From the NCBI GenBank assembly GCA_000388065.2, contig KB932205.1: a stretch of DNA of 40,427 nucleotides. One strand, 5' to 3'. The position numbers and the translations under genes were made by a program. A model generated the notes under the pieces. The model searched no databases. It was not told where the DNA came from and was given only the letters and a program-made list of their open reading frames with translations. The DNA is from Fonticula alba ATCC 38817. Taxonomy: Eukaryota > Protista > Nucleariida. Of the stretch, positions 30,701 through 40,427 are shown piece by piece; positions within the stretch are counted from its first letter, which is position 1, and the number at the start of each line of letters is the position of its first letter.

Positions 30701-31436
30701 CCAGACGGACCTGGGGAGGCTCGTCCACTCGCGGGCCGATGTGCCCCTGGGCGACATGCTGCACATTTGCCACCAGTGGGCCGCCGGGCTGGACGCCATG
30801 CACAATGCCGGGGTGGCGCACTGCCACTTCGGGCCGGACAAGATCCTGGTGGCCCCCGCGGGCCCGGGGTCCTGGCTGGTGGCGGTCGGCGACCTGGCCG
30901 CATCGAGGAACCTCCGCCACCCGCCGGCCGAGGTGGCCCCCCCCGCGCCGGGCCCCCGGCGGGCGGCCTACACCGCGCCGGAGGTGCTGCTTGCCGCCGA
31001 GCGCCAGCGCCCGCTCAAAGCCGCCTTCCACCTGCCGGCCGATGTCTTTGCCGCGGCCGTGGTCCTATGGGAGTGCCTGACCCGCGCCATCCCCTGGGAG
31101 GGTAAGCAACCATCCGCCCTTTGCCTCTTCCTCCCCCCGCCGCACCCTGTCCAGGCACACAGCGCACTCCCCCCCCTCGCCCGGCCCTTACTGACTGCCC
31201 TGCTTGCGCACGCCCGCCCGCCAGGCTCCGACGCGGACACCATCAAGGCGGACGTGCGGTCTGGCCGGCGGCCGGACATGGCCGCGGCCGTGGCGCCCCT
31301 TCGCCAGCAGGCCCCGACCTTCGTCCAAGCCACCACCAACCTCCTCAACCAGGCATGGGACGAGGACCCCCTCGACCGGCCGTCAGCCATGGCCATCCAC
31401 CAGCTGTGCGCCGCTATCCTGGCCGCCCTGCCGTGA
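22948..31436 (+). CDS. Gene D: receptor pseudokinase paralog; join(22948..24316,25002..29051,29585..29691,29782..30169,30407..30464,30623..31101,31225..31436) = 2220 aa
   Basis: The signal is ILSLMLWLLLLLLGSGALA. All six introns have GT..AG ends with matching phases, and the total is 6663 nt. The spliced junctions reproduce paralog sequence: KLMKADAPDADVARRLQNEIALMW-LLRDQDNIVRMYGYS versus KKMRTEAMQPVHFLMFQNEVALMWLLRDAPNIVRLFGYS. The catalytic loop reads HCHFGPDK. Confidence 0.85.
24317..25001 (+). other. Gene D intron 1 (phase 1), containing poly-G 24493..24534, (CA)n 24702..24729 and N gap 24829..24879
   Basis: Donor GTGCGT, acceptor AACACAG. Splicing gives GFFRSPAPRGSYECRPC. Confidence 0.8.
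29052..29584 (+). other. Gene D intron 2 (phase 1) immediately before the TM exon; contains N gap 29182..29540
   Basis: Donor GTATGT, acceptor GGCCCAG. Splicing gives SQRLAIGLGIGFGLL. Confidence 0.8.
29585..29691 (+). other. Gene D transmembrane exon (AIGLGIGFGLLFLLMFLALILFLMLRLRRDQGLKEL), absent from the ORF track
   Basis: Hydrophobic helix followed by RLRR. LKEL matches gene B ALKEL. Confidence 0.88.
29692..29781 (+). other. Gene D intron 3 (phase 0)
   Basis: Donor GTACGG, CTGAC branch-like site, acceptor CCTGCAG. It contains an in-frame TGA. Confidence 0.82.
30170..30406 (+). other. Gene D intron 4 (phase 1; N gap 30255..30375)
   Basis: Donor GTTCGT, acceptor CTGCCAG. Splicing gives the same Lys-to-alphaC-Glu spacing as gene B. 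Confidence 0.85.
30465..30622 (+). other. Gene D intron 5 (phase 2, splits the Trp codon of ALMW-LLRD)
   Basis: Donor GTGCGT, acceptor GACCCAG. Confidence 0.88.
31102..31224 (+). other. Gene D intron 6 (phase 1, 123 nt, stop-free)
   Basis: Donor GTAAGC, acceptor CCGCCAG. It lies at the same PWx position as the gene A and gene E introns. Confidence 0.85.
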
Positions 31437-33805
31437 CCATGGCCGCCCCCATGCGCCGGGCGTCTCCTCGTGTCTATGCGATAAATCTTCACATCCCTCC
31501 GTCGTGTGGCCCCTCCGGGCCGGGGCGGGGGGGTCTTCTTTTTTCTTTTTTCTTTTTCATGGGCGCCCGCTTCTCCACATCGGCACAGGGCGCCCTGCCG
31601 GGCACGCGACCCAGCGGTGAATCGCCGCGGCGGCGCCCCGTGCGGGGCTGGCTGCCCTGCTCTGGAAGGGGACCACAGGGGGGGGGGGGGGGGGGGGGCG
31701 CACAGGATGCTCGGCCCTGCCCGCTGGCAAAGGCCACGCCCCGGGCGGCGCGCGCCGCTCCCGCACGCGAAGAGCACCCTCCCCGGGCCGGAGACCCGTC
31801 GCCGGGGCAGGCACCCGGGCAGGATCCAGGCACTGAGGGACCCCCAGCAGGGCATACTCGGGACTGTGCCGCCCTCGGCCCCCCGGGGTCGAACGAGCAG
31901 CACCGCCCACACCGGCCCCGGGAGAGCCGCCGCCGGATGCGCCCCGGGCCCCGGGGGCACGGATCGGGCCCCGGAGGCGGGCATGGTAGGCGTGTAATTT
32001 TTACTTTCGATCGCGCACAGCCACCCGCCCAACACGGGCAATCCGGAAGGGGGCCGAGCAAGCGGCCCGGGCGCAGGCCAAGGACGGGGAGGAACCAGCG
32101 CGCGCACGGCTGGCGGCAACACATGATGGAGCTCCTTCGCCCGGGCCGGCTCCCGACCTCCCGCGGAGCTTTGCGCCGGTTGGCCGCCGGACCGGAAAGT
32201 GCCCCGGGCGAGTGGGCGCCCCATGAAGCGAGGCCCCCCGGCAAGGTGGCCCAGTGCCTGGGCCAGGGCCGACGCGGCGAAGCGGCACGCAGGCTGGCTG
32301 GCCATCCCGCCGCCGGGCGCACAACACCGCCGCCTGCCCGTGGTGGCTACCCGGGGCCTGGGTAGCCCCCACGCACGGGCCGGTCTACTGGCGGGGATTT
32401 TGGCAGAACCCCGCCAGAATGCAAGTGCTGAAGGCCGTTAACTGGCCTGGGCGGGACTTAACCCAGGCCCGTGCCGCCCTCGGCCAGCGCCGGGCGCTGG
32501 CGCGCGAGCTTGGGGGTCCTCATGCCAAATATTTTGATTTAAAAACCCCATCCTCATTGGGATGCACTTTCCCAACCCGTCGATTTGATCCGTGATCCGG
32601 GGCCGGCGGGCCCGCAGGATCGGCCGGCCCATCGGCGCTCGTTGCATGCGCCTGCTCGGCTTGCTGCGGCTGGGGCGGCCCGCAGGCGCGCCGAGCGCCC
32701 GGAGCACCCCCACGACCGGGCCCGTTGTGGCGGACCACATTCCCAGTCTGGCGCACCTCTCCGGTCGTCCGCCGGCCGCTCCGTCCCTGCCTTGGTGCTC
32801 TTCTCGCCCCCGCTCGCCCCCTCCCTCATCTCCCCAGCTGCTGCCCACAGGGGCCGCTTCGTGCCCCCGGAGGAGGTGCTCCCACCTCCGGGACGGCACT
32901 TTCGCGGTTCGGGACCGCGTGTTCCTTTGTGTGCGGCCGCGGAGCTGGCTTTTTTCTTTTTTTTTTTCTCTCGGCCCACCCTCGTCCTGCAACGGGCTCA
33001 GCCCCCCCGATGGCGGCGCGCCGCCCCTCTCTCCCGGGCCCCAACACCGCCGGGCTCGCGCCACAAGGGACCGGCCGCTCGCTCCCGCGGGCGTCGGGAT
33101 CGCACCGACCAACTGCCGACGAATGCACGGGCCCGCCCCGGGAATGCCCCGCCGGCGCCGGGAAAAGATCCCGCCCCCTCCGAGCGCAGGGGCTTCCTGC
33201 TTGCATCCACGACCCAAGGACCCCGGGGCGGGAGCTTGTGGGATGCTCTTGCTGGCCGGCTCCTTGCGCGACACGCACCCGGCAGATGGCGACCGCGGGC
33301 CGTGGAACCGGGAGGAATGGCGGTCCCGCCGGGATCCCCATGCGGGGCTTGCTGGCCCGCCGCGCCAGACGCCCGGCCCTGGGGCGCCTGCTGGGGGGCC
33401 CCGGCGTGCCGAGCAGGGGTGGCGCGCATGCCCCGCTCTGTCACGCCCCTCCCGGGGGCAGGGCGCCCGGCGCGCCGGCGCGGCCGAGCTGCCCGTGGTC
33501 TGGCGCCCCGGCTTCGTGGGGGACCCGCGCGCGCGCGAAGACCACCCTTCACGCCGGCCGCGCCCTTGACCGGGGGTGTGTGCCCTGCGGTGGGTGGTCG
33601 TTCCCTTCCCGCTTGGCCCCTCATTCCCTCGGCCTCTTCAGGGGCCGGATGATTGCCGGCCCGCTGCACGCCGGGCCCGGGGGCATCCCACCTCAAAGCA
33701 TGCCCCGCGCCGGCCTCTTGCCTCCCCCCCNNNNNNNNNNNNNNNNNNNNNNNNNNNNNNNNNNNCCCCCCCGGACCCCTCGCACACCCCCCTCTTTCGC
33801 GCTTC

Positions 33806-36800
33806 ATGGTTGGCCCCGAGGGCCCGGCGACCGGGCGACGTGCTCGGCGGTGCCGCCACGGGCCACACCCCCGGTTGCCTCCCCTCCGCCCGATGGTCCT
33901 GTGCCTGGTGCTGTTTCTCCTCGGCCAGGCCCCGGCCCTGCTGGCCACCGGCGTCTACCTCCATGCGACCGCGAATCCCCTACTGTCGGCCTCTGGCCCG
34001 ACCACCCTGCTCACCCCGGGTGGCCGCGCCACAGTGGCCTACACACGCATTGACAGCAGCACATTCCATGTGCACATGCAGCACGACGCGATCGGTGGGA
34101 TTTCCGAAATGCGCTGGGGCGGTTTCCTGGACCCCACACGCACTGATGTAGTTGGATCTCCCCGGCCGGCCAGGCTCCCGGACGGCGAGATCATGTTCCT
34201 CCCCCGGCAGGACAACTTTGCTCCTCTCTTGGTGGAACACAATTCCGCCCATGTTGCCCTCTTCACCGGTGACGACGTCGTGGACTTCTCCCCGCCGGAA
34301 GTCCGGCTGCTGACCGGGGCGGCGTACTCCGAGTCGGAGGCCGGACTCCTGGGGCTGATAGGTGAGCCAGGTCAGACCCAGACACTATATGTGGCTCTAT
34401 TTTCCGGGGCCGCCCTTTCTTCGAAGATGTCTTTGCTATCGCCCTTCACCATGCCCGTGCATGCGGCCCCATGTCCTGGGAGGCGCTTTTTCTTGGCCTC
34501 CGGCAGTTGCTTCTACTCGATCATCCTTTCCGATGACCCGTTTCTCGCCATCGAATCAGATCCCCTTTCCGAAGACGTCTTGCAGGTGGTTGCAACACGC
34601 GTCCTCTCCTCGCAAGATGACTGCCCCCAGTCCGGAGATGTCATCCTCCTTCTGGCCGGGGGCACCGTGCGACTGTACAAGTGTGTTGCCACCAACCTGG
34701 AGGCGTCGCTATCATGGGGGGCGCCTTTGCCGGGCGAGTTGTCGGCCGCCAATGCCCGCGTCCTTGCGCCGCCAGCCGTCTCCATGGATGCGCCACTCGG
34801 GCACTTCTATGTCCTCTCCGACGGTCAGGCCCCGCCGGTGGCCTTTCGCGTGGATGTACAAAACAATGTCCTGCATTGGCGCAGGCTGGTTCTCCCACCG
34901 CTGGTTGACAGTGTGGCCGGGCTGCAGCTGGCTCGGCTGCGCACCAGCGCCTCGGCCAGCACCTGGGCCCTGACCACCGGCACTCTGCAGGTTCTCTTCG
35001 ATTCGGAGTCCTTCCTGTGCCCCGGCGATGGGACCATCATGTGCAATGGGCCCAACATGGAGACGCCCTTTCCGCTGGGATGGGGCTGCGTCGAGGGCCA
35101 AGTTGGCTCGCCCTTCCTGGTGGCCGACAAGCTTTGCGTCGGCTGCGGGGCCGGGCACCACCTCCAGCGGCCGGACGGTGCGTCATACCCGCCTCTCCCA
35201 TGTGTTCGGGGGTTTCCTTCGGTCGCTCTCTCTCCTTGTCGCGGGTTCATTGCCACTCCCCCGGTGGCCCGCGCCGCGGGGCCCCCCTCCTCGGCCTGGC
35301 CATGCCATGGGCATGCCAGGCAATGCCCCCGGGACAGCGCTGGCCCAAGCGGCGCCCGCACTAACACCCCTCCCCCCGCCGGCTGCCAGACGAGCTGCCC
35401 TTCCTCGGGACGGACCACGAATGCCAGCCCTGCCCGATGGCGCACTGCCTCACTTGCGACTCGGCCAATTGCCTCGTCTGCCAGGAGGGCTACCTATTGG
35501 AGGTCGATTCGTCCAGCCATCGCACCATCTGCGTCAGTCAATGCTCGGCGGGCTTCCTCCAAGAGGGGCTGGCCACCTGTCAGCCAAGCTGGTCGGCGCC
35601 ACCCCCGGCCAAGCTCCACATGCCCCAGGTGGAGGTCTTCCCCTCGCCACTTGACACCATGACCGTCATTGGAATGGGCTCGACCCTCCTTCAGCCCTCG
35701 AGCAGCTGGCCCTTCGCCCTGATTCCCTCCATGACGCCCGACCCCCATGCCGGTGTGCTGCTCTTCACCGGTGCGGGCAAAACCTTCCTCATGCCAGCCG
35801 CCGACATTGGCAACCCCCAAAAGGCCTCCCCGTCTCCGGTTGACCTCTTTGACTTCACGGACCTACCGGCCATGGCCGCCTTCGCCGAGGCTGGCCCCTT
35901 TGAATCGGCCGGGGCAAGCATCATGGCCATGGTCCTGTGTGACAGCATGGGCAAGGTGTATCACGCGTGGCTGGGCTGCTCAAGCATGGCGGCCTGTCCG
36001 GTGGACCAGCGGCTCCTCGAGCCGACCTTTCTCCTTCAGGAGGGCTGCTTGGGGCTTTGGCGCATGAGTGCCGAGCATATCCTCCTGCAGGCGGGCGATC
36101 AGTCGTACCGGGTTCTCCAGGCCATTGCCTCAAGCAGGGAGTTTGTTGTCCACCACTTCCCCGACGCCACAGGCCTGGCATACCTCCCGACCGTCGGGAC
36201 CTTTCGTTCCAGTCCAAGCTTCGGCGACTGGCTCGTGCTCGCCCAATCGCAGAAGAGACCGACCGCCGGGCCGATGGGCCTGGTTCTGGGGGATCCCGCT
36301 CGTTTGGCCACCCTCCGGGAGGACTTCCTGCAAGATGTCAACACGGCTGGCTTCAACCTCGCGCCGGTGCTCCTCCGCCGGGCCGACGCGCCCTGGAGCC
36401 AGGAGCTGGTGCTGGCGGCCCTTCACGACAGCCAGTGGGTGATCTTCCAGGTCCCGAAGGACATGCACCCGGCCGGGCGATCAACCGGCCTGCCCAGCAC
36501 CAAGCAGGTTTTGGGCACCCTGCCGGCGGGACTGCCAGCCCCGCCAGGTGCCGCCATGCTGCAGGCCCGCTTCCAGGCCGTTCCCCTGTACGAGCACCCG
36601 GCCTTCCCGTCGGCCCTGGTGCTGCTGGGGCGCTCCTTTGTGGGCATCTCGCTGTTCCACTGCCCCCACGGCGTGGCCGGCACTTGCTCCCTGCGGCCGG
36701 CCACCTTCACACAATGGCCCACGGCCCATGCGCTGCCGGGGAGCGTGGGCTTCTGGTGGCCGGTCATCGCCCGGCGCCCGGCGCTCGTCACCCCGGGCCC

Positions 36801-39460
36801 CTCCCTGGCCATGCTACTCCTGGCGCCTGGGCAGACGCTGTCGTCCGTCTCCCTGGATGCCCATTGCCCTGCCGGCTTCTTCGGGCTTGATTGCCAGCCC
36901 TGCGATGCTTTGTGTGCCGAGTGCACCGGGCCACTGCCGACCGATTGCACGGCATGCGCCATCTGGCTGCCCGGCGAGCAGGAGGCCTGCCTGGAGGCCT
37001 GTCCCAGCGGTCTGTATCCCGAGCTGGGCCACGCCGGTGCCTGTGTGTGCCATGAGCACTGCGACAATTGCCAGCCCAACAGCGATGGCCACCACACATG
37101 CATATCCTGCAAGAGTGGCCATGCTCCCAGCCTGACGGCGCCCGGCCAATGTGACGCCTGTGCTTCCGACTGCCTGGACTGCTCGGTCCCCGGGGCCCCG
37201 GATGCCTGTAGCGCCTGTGGCACGGGCACTTGGCTGGATGGCGGGGCCTGCGTGCCGGACTGCCCTCCCGGCACCTGGCCGCAGAGCCAGCCTCGCGAGT
37301 GCGTCCCCTGCCCGGCGGCCTGCGTCAGCTGCACCTCGTCGACTAGCTGCACCGGCTGCAAGGCTCGGCACTTCCTGGATGGAAACGGCCAATGCCGGGC
37401 TTGCGACGCCTCGTGCGCCGCGTGCGCCGGCCCCACCTCCTGTACAGCGTGCATGGGCGGCCTGGTCTTCCTGGCGACCGATGCGAACTTGGATTCGTTG
37501 TGCACGGCCACCTGCCCGCCCGGCGAATTGGCCGGGCCCCAGCGGTGTGCGGCGTGCGACCGGTCGTGCGCCCTGTGCGCCGGCCAGGAGGGCGCCTGCC
37601 AGGTGTGCGCCGTGGGCTTTCACTGGACCGCCGGGCCGCCGGTGGCCCCGGCCACCACGGCCAGCTGCTCGGCCTGCCCGGCCGGCTGCGCCGCGTGCAA
37701 TGCCTCTGGCAGGTGCTTCGCCTGCGACGCCGGGCTCTTCCTGCAGAGCAGCGGGTCGTGCGTGGCAGCCTGCCCGGGGCCGACCTTCGGCGACAGCGAC
37801 TCGCTCACGTGCCAGCCGTGCGACGTGAGCTGCGCCGCCTGCGCCGGGCCGGGCCCGGACGAGTGCACCGGCTGCGCGGCCGGGCTCGAGTTCCTCGACA
37901 CCGGCCCGGGCACGGGCAGCTGCCTGTCCGGCTGCCCGGAGGGCCAGCATCGCGACGCGGCCTCCGGCCTTTGCGTCGCCTGCCACCCGGCCTGCGCCAC
38001 GTGCAACGGCCCGACCGACCAGGACTGCTGGCGATGCCATGGCGCCGTGCTCCAGGGCGGCCAGTGCCTGCAGGCCTGCGCCGCCAGGCATGTGCCCCTG
38101 GCCGGCCGGTGCCTCCCGTGCCACGCATCCTGCGACCGGTGCGCCGGCGTGCGGTCGGTCGACTGCCTGCCGGACTGCGCACCCGACTTGCTGGCCCTGC
38201 CGGCCGGGGCGTCGCCCATGCGCTGCGTGCCGGCCTGCCCGGTGGGGTACCACACCTCGGGCGCCGGGTGCGCCCCCTGCGAGGCGCACTGCGCCAGCTG
38301 CCCGGCGAGCGCGGCCACCTGCGCCCTGTGCGAGCGCGGGTGGCTGCTGGATGCGCCGAGCTGCGTGGCCGAGTGCCCCGGCTCGTCGGTGGCCCTGGGC
38401 GGGCTGTGTGCCACCTGCCACGAGTCCTGCGCCACGTGCTACGGGCCGGAGCCGGAGCACTGCCTCACCTGCGGCCCGTCCGCCCCGCTGCACCTCGACG
38501 GTGCTTGCCTTGACGCCTGCCCGGATGGGACCTTCCGGTCGGGGTCCACTTGCCTCCCCTGCGGGGGCGCATGTGCCACATGCACCGGGCCCGGGCCCCA
38601 GGACTGTGTCACATGCGCCGGCGGCCGGCTGCTGCTGGATGGCGTCTGCCTGCCGGAGTGCCCGGCCGGGCGCTTTGCCGAGGCCGGCGTGTGCCAAGCC
38701 TGCCACGGGTCCTGCCACACGTGCGAGCAGGCCGCCGCCTGTGCCACCTGCCTGCCCGGGGCCCTGCTCCAGCCGAGCGGCCAGTGCGGGCCCGGCTGCC
38801 CGGCCGGCTGGGCTGCCTGCCCCTCGGCCGGCCAGTGCCAGGCCTGCCCGGCGCACTGCACCCAGTGCGCGGCCTTCGGGCCCGAGTGCGCGGCCGGCTG
38901 CACCGCCTGCGAGGCCGGCTTCGTCCTGTCCGGCGGCCGGTGCGCGGCCGGCTGCCAGCCCGGCGAGTATGCCCCGGCCGGGTCTGCCACCTGTGCCCAG
39001 TGCCATGGCGGCTGCGCCGCCTGCTTCGGCCAGGCCACCCACTGCACGGCCTGCGCCCTGGGGCTGCTCCATTGGGAGCTCGGCCAGTGTGTCGGGGCCT
39101 GCCCGGCCGGCCATGCCCCCTGGCAGGGCGTCTGCCTGGGCTGCCCGGCCGGCTGCGAGCAGTGCACCGCCGGCGCCGGGCAGCCCGCCTGCCAGGGCCA
39201 CCCGGACGGGTCGGTCACCTGTCCGGAGGTGGCCGCCTGCGACCGGTGCGCCGGTGGGCTGCTCCTGCACCTGGGCCGGGCGTGTGTGTCGGAATGCCCG
39301 GCCGGGTTCTTCGCCGATCTGGCCGCCATGCCGCCGGCCTGCGGCCCCTGCCATGCGACCTGCGCGGCCTGCGTCGGGCCGGCCGTCGCCGAGTGCCTGA
39401 CGCCACCGAGGAAGGCCGGCGGCCGGCTGGGGCTGATCCTCGGCCTGGCGCTGGGCCTGG

Positions 39461-39504
<44 letters not shown>

Positions 39505-40427
39505 GTGCGCCGGCGGGCCCGCATGAAGCCCCCCCCCGCGGACCCGGCCGATGGGGATGCCACCATGCTGAACACCATCATGGAGCTGGCCCTGCCCGGG
39601 GCCATCCTGGTGGACCTGGCCGCGGACTTCCACCCGCTGGCCGAGTCGGCCCTCGGGGCCGGGGCCCAGGCGTCGGTGTACGCGGCGCAGGCCGTCGGGG
39701 CCGGCATCTCCGGCCGACTGGGCTGCCCGGACGTGGTGGCCATCAAGCGCATGAAGGTGCAAGCCATGAAGCCGGTGCACCATGCCATGTTCCAAAATGA
39801 GGTGGCCCTCATGTGGCTCCTGCGCGAGCATGCCCATGTGGTCCGGCTGTTTGGCTACTCGCAAGCCCCGCCGGGCCTGGTGATGGAGTGCTTCCAGACG
39901 GACCTCGGCACGCTGCTGCACTCGGACATCCCGCTGACCTCCTGCCAGGTGCTGGACATCTGCCAGCAGTGGGCCTCCGGGCTGGAGGCCATGCACGCGC
40001 ACGGCATCGCCCACTGCGACCTGAAGCCGGGCAACGTGTTTGCCAGCCGGCGCCCGGACGGCGGCTGGCGCGCGGCCCTCGGCGACCTGGGCACCAGTCG
40101 CAATCTCAATACCGACCGGTCGTCGGTCCTCGTCAACCAGGCGCCGGAGTTGAATGCCCTGACCGCGCGCTACGCCTCGCCCGAGATCTTCGTCACCCTG
40201 CAGCGCGCGGTGGCCCTCGACCGGGAGGCCTTCCTCCCGGCGGACATCTACGCCGCGGGGGTCCTCCTGTGGGAGTGCCTGGCCCGGTCGGTCCCCTGGT
40301 CCGGTTCGTTGCTCCCCCGGGCCCGGTGCCCAGCCGCGCGGCCGCCGATGCGCCCGCACACACACACACACACACACACGCGCATGCACGCATTTCCGCC
40401 TGCTCGCCCCCCGCGCCGCCCGCCCCC
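33806..40427 (+). CDS. Gene E: giant receptor Ser/Thr kinase paralog, 3'-truncated; join(33806..35177,35390..40303,...), more than 2095 aa
   Basis: MVGPEG...RPMVLCLVLFLLGQAPALLA is the signal. I translated exon 2 in parts by hand (frame 1); it contains domain B, the Cys-rich stalk and the TM GRLGLILGLALGLG(L)14V. Kinase motifs are GAGAQASV, VAIK, HCDLKPGN (40012..40035), DLG and YASPE. The exact start codon is less certain because of the gap at 33731..33765. Confidence 0.85.
35178..35389 (+). other. Gene E intron 1 (phase 1)
   Basis: Donor GTGCGT, branch CTAAC at 35361-35365, acceptor CTGCCAG. Splicing gives HHLQRPDDELPFLGTDHECQPC. Confidence 0.87.
39463..39501 (+). repeat. (CTG)13 microsatellite encoding the poly-Leu core of the gene E TM helix
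   Basis: Thirteen uninterrupted CTG codons followed by CTT. Confidence 0.93.
40304..40427 (+). other. Start of the gene E terminal intron (phase 1), running off the window; (CA)n at 40357..40379
   Basis: Donor GTTCGT follows ...VPWS-G, the same position as the introns in genes A and D. Kinase similarity stops here. Confidence 0.8.

Noticed and set aside
5388-40389. Many long minus-strand and alternate-frame ORFs (for example 6109..9915, 24701..28966, 27486..29771, 36814..40389)
   Set aside because: They are Arg/Gly/Pro/Ala-rich with no motifs and overlap the real CDSs. They are shadow ORFs caused by high GC and stop-codon scarcity.

Overview
This is GC-rich eukaryotic DNA with GT-AG introns and CTAAC/CTGAC branch points, from a short-read draft assembly with N gaps. 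From memory the style resembles the aggregative holomycotan amoeba Fonticula alba; this is an inference to confirm by BLAST. The window is one head-to-tail, plus-strand tandem array of five paralogous giant receptor kinase genes. They are A (3' end only, <1..559), B (2439..11586), C (14671..21411), D (22948..31436) and E (33806..>40427). Genes B-E share one architecture: signal peptide, Cys-poor domain A (~430 aa), conserved phase-1 intron, one Cys-rich repeat, Cys-poor domain B (~400 aa), a long furin-like/CxxC repeat stalk, one TM helix and a TKL-like non-RD kinase. Gene D is the outlier: its catalytic loop is degenerate (HCHFGPDK, a pseudokinase), its TM/kinase half carries five introns, its juxtamembrane region is replaced and its stalk is rearranged. 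Gene B is broken by three assembly artifacts: a 125-bp overlap across a gap, an Illumina adapter with a 183-bp duplication, and a 1422-bp duplication across a 10-N gap. Removing them gives one clean 2331-aa frame. The ORF track misses most of gene E, and most other listed ORFs are GC-rich shadow frames. I found no supportable tRNA, rRNA, CRISPR array or transposase.
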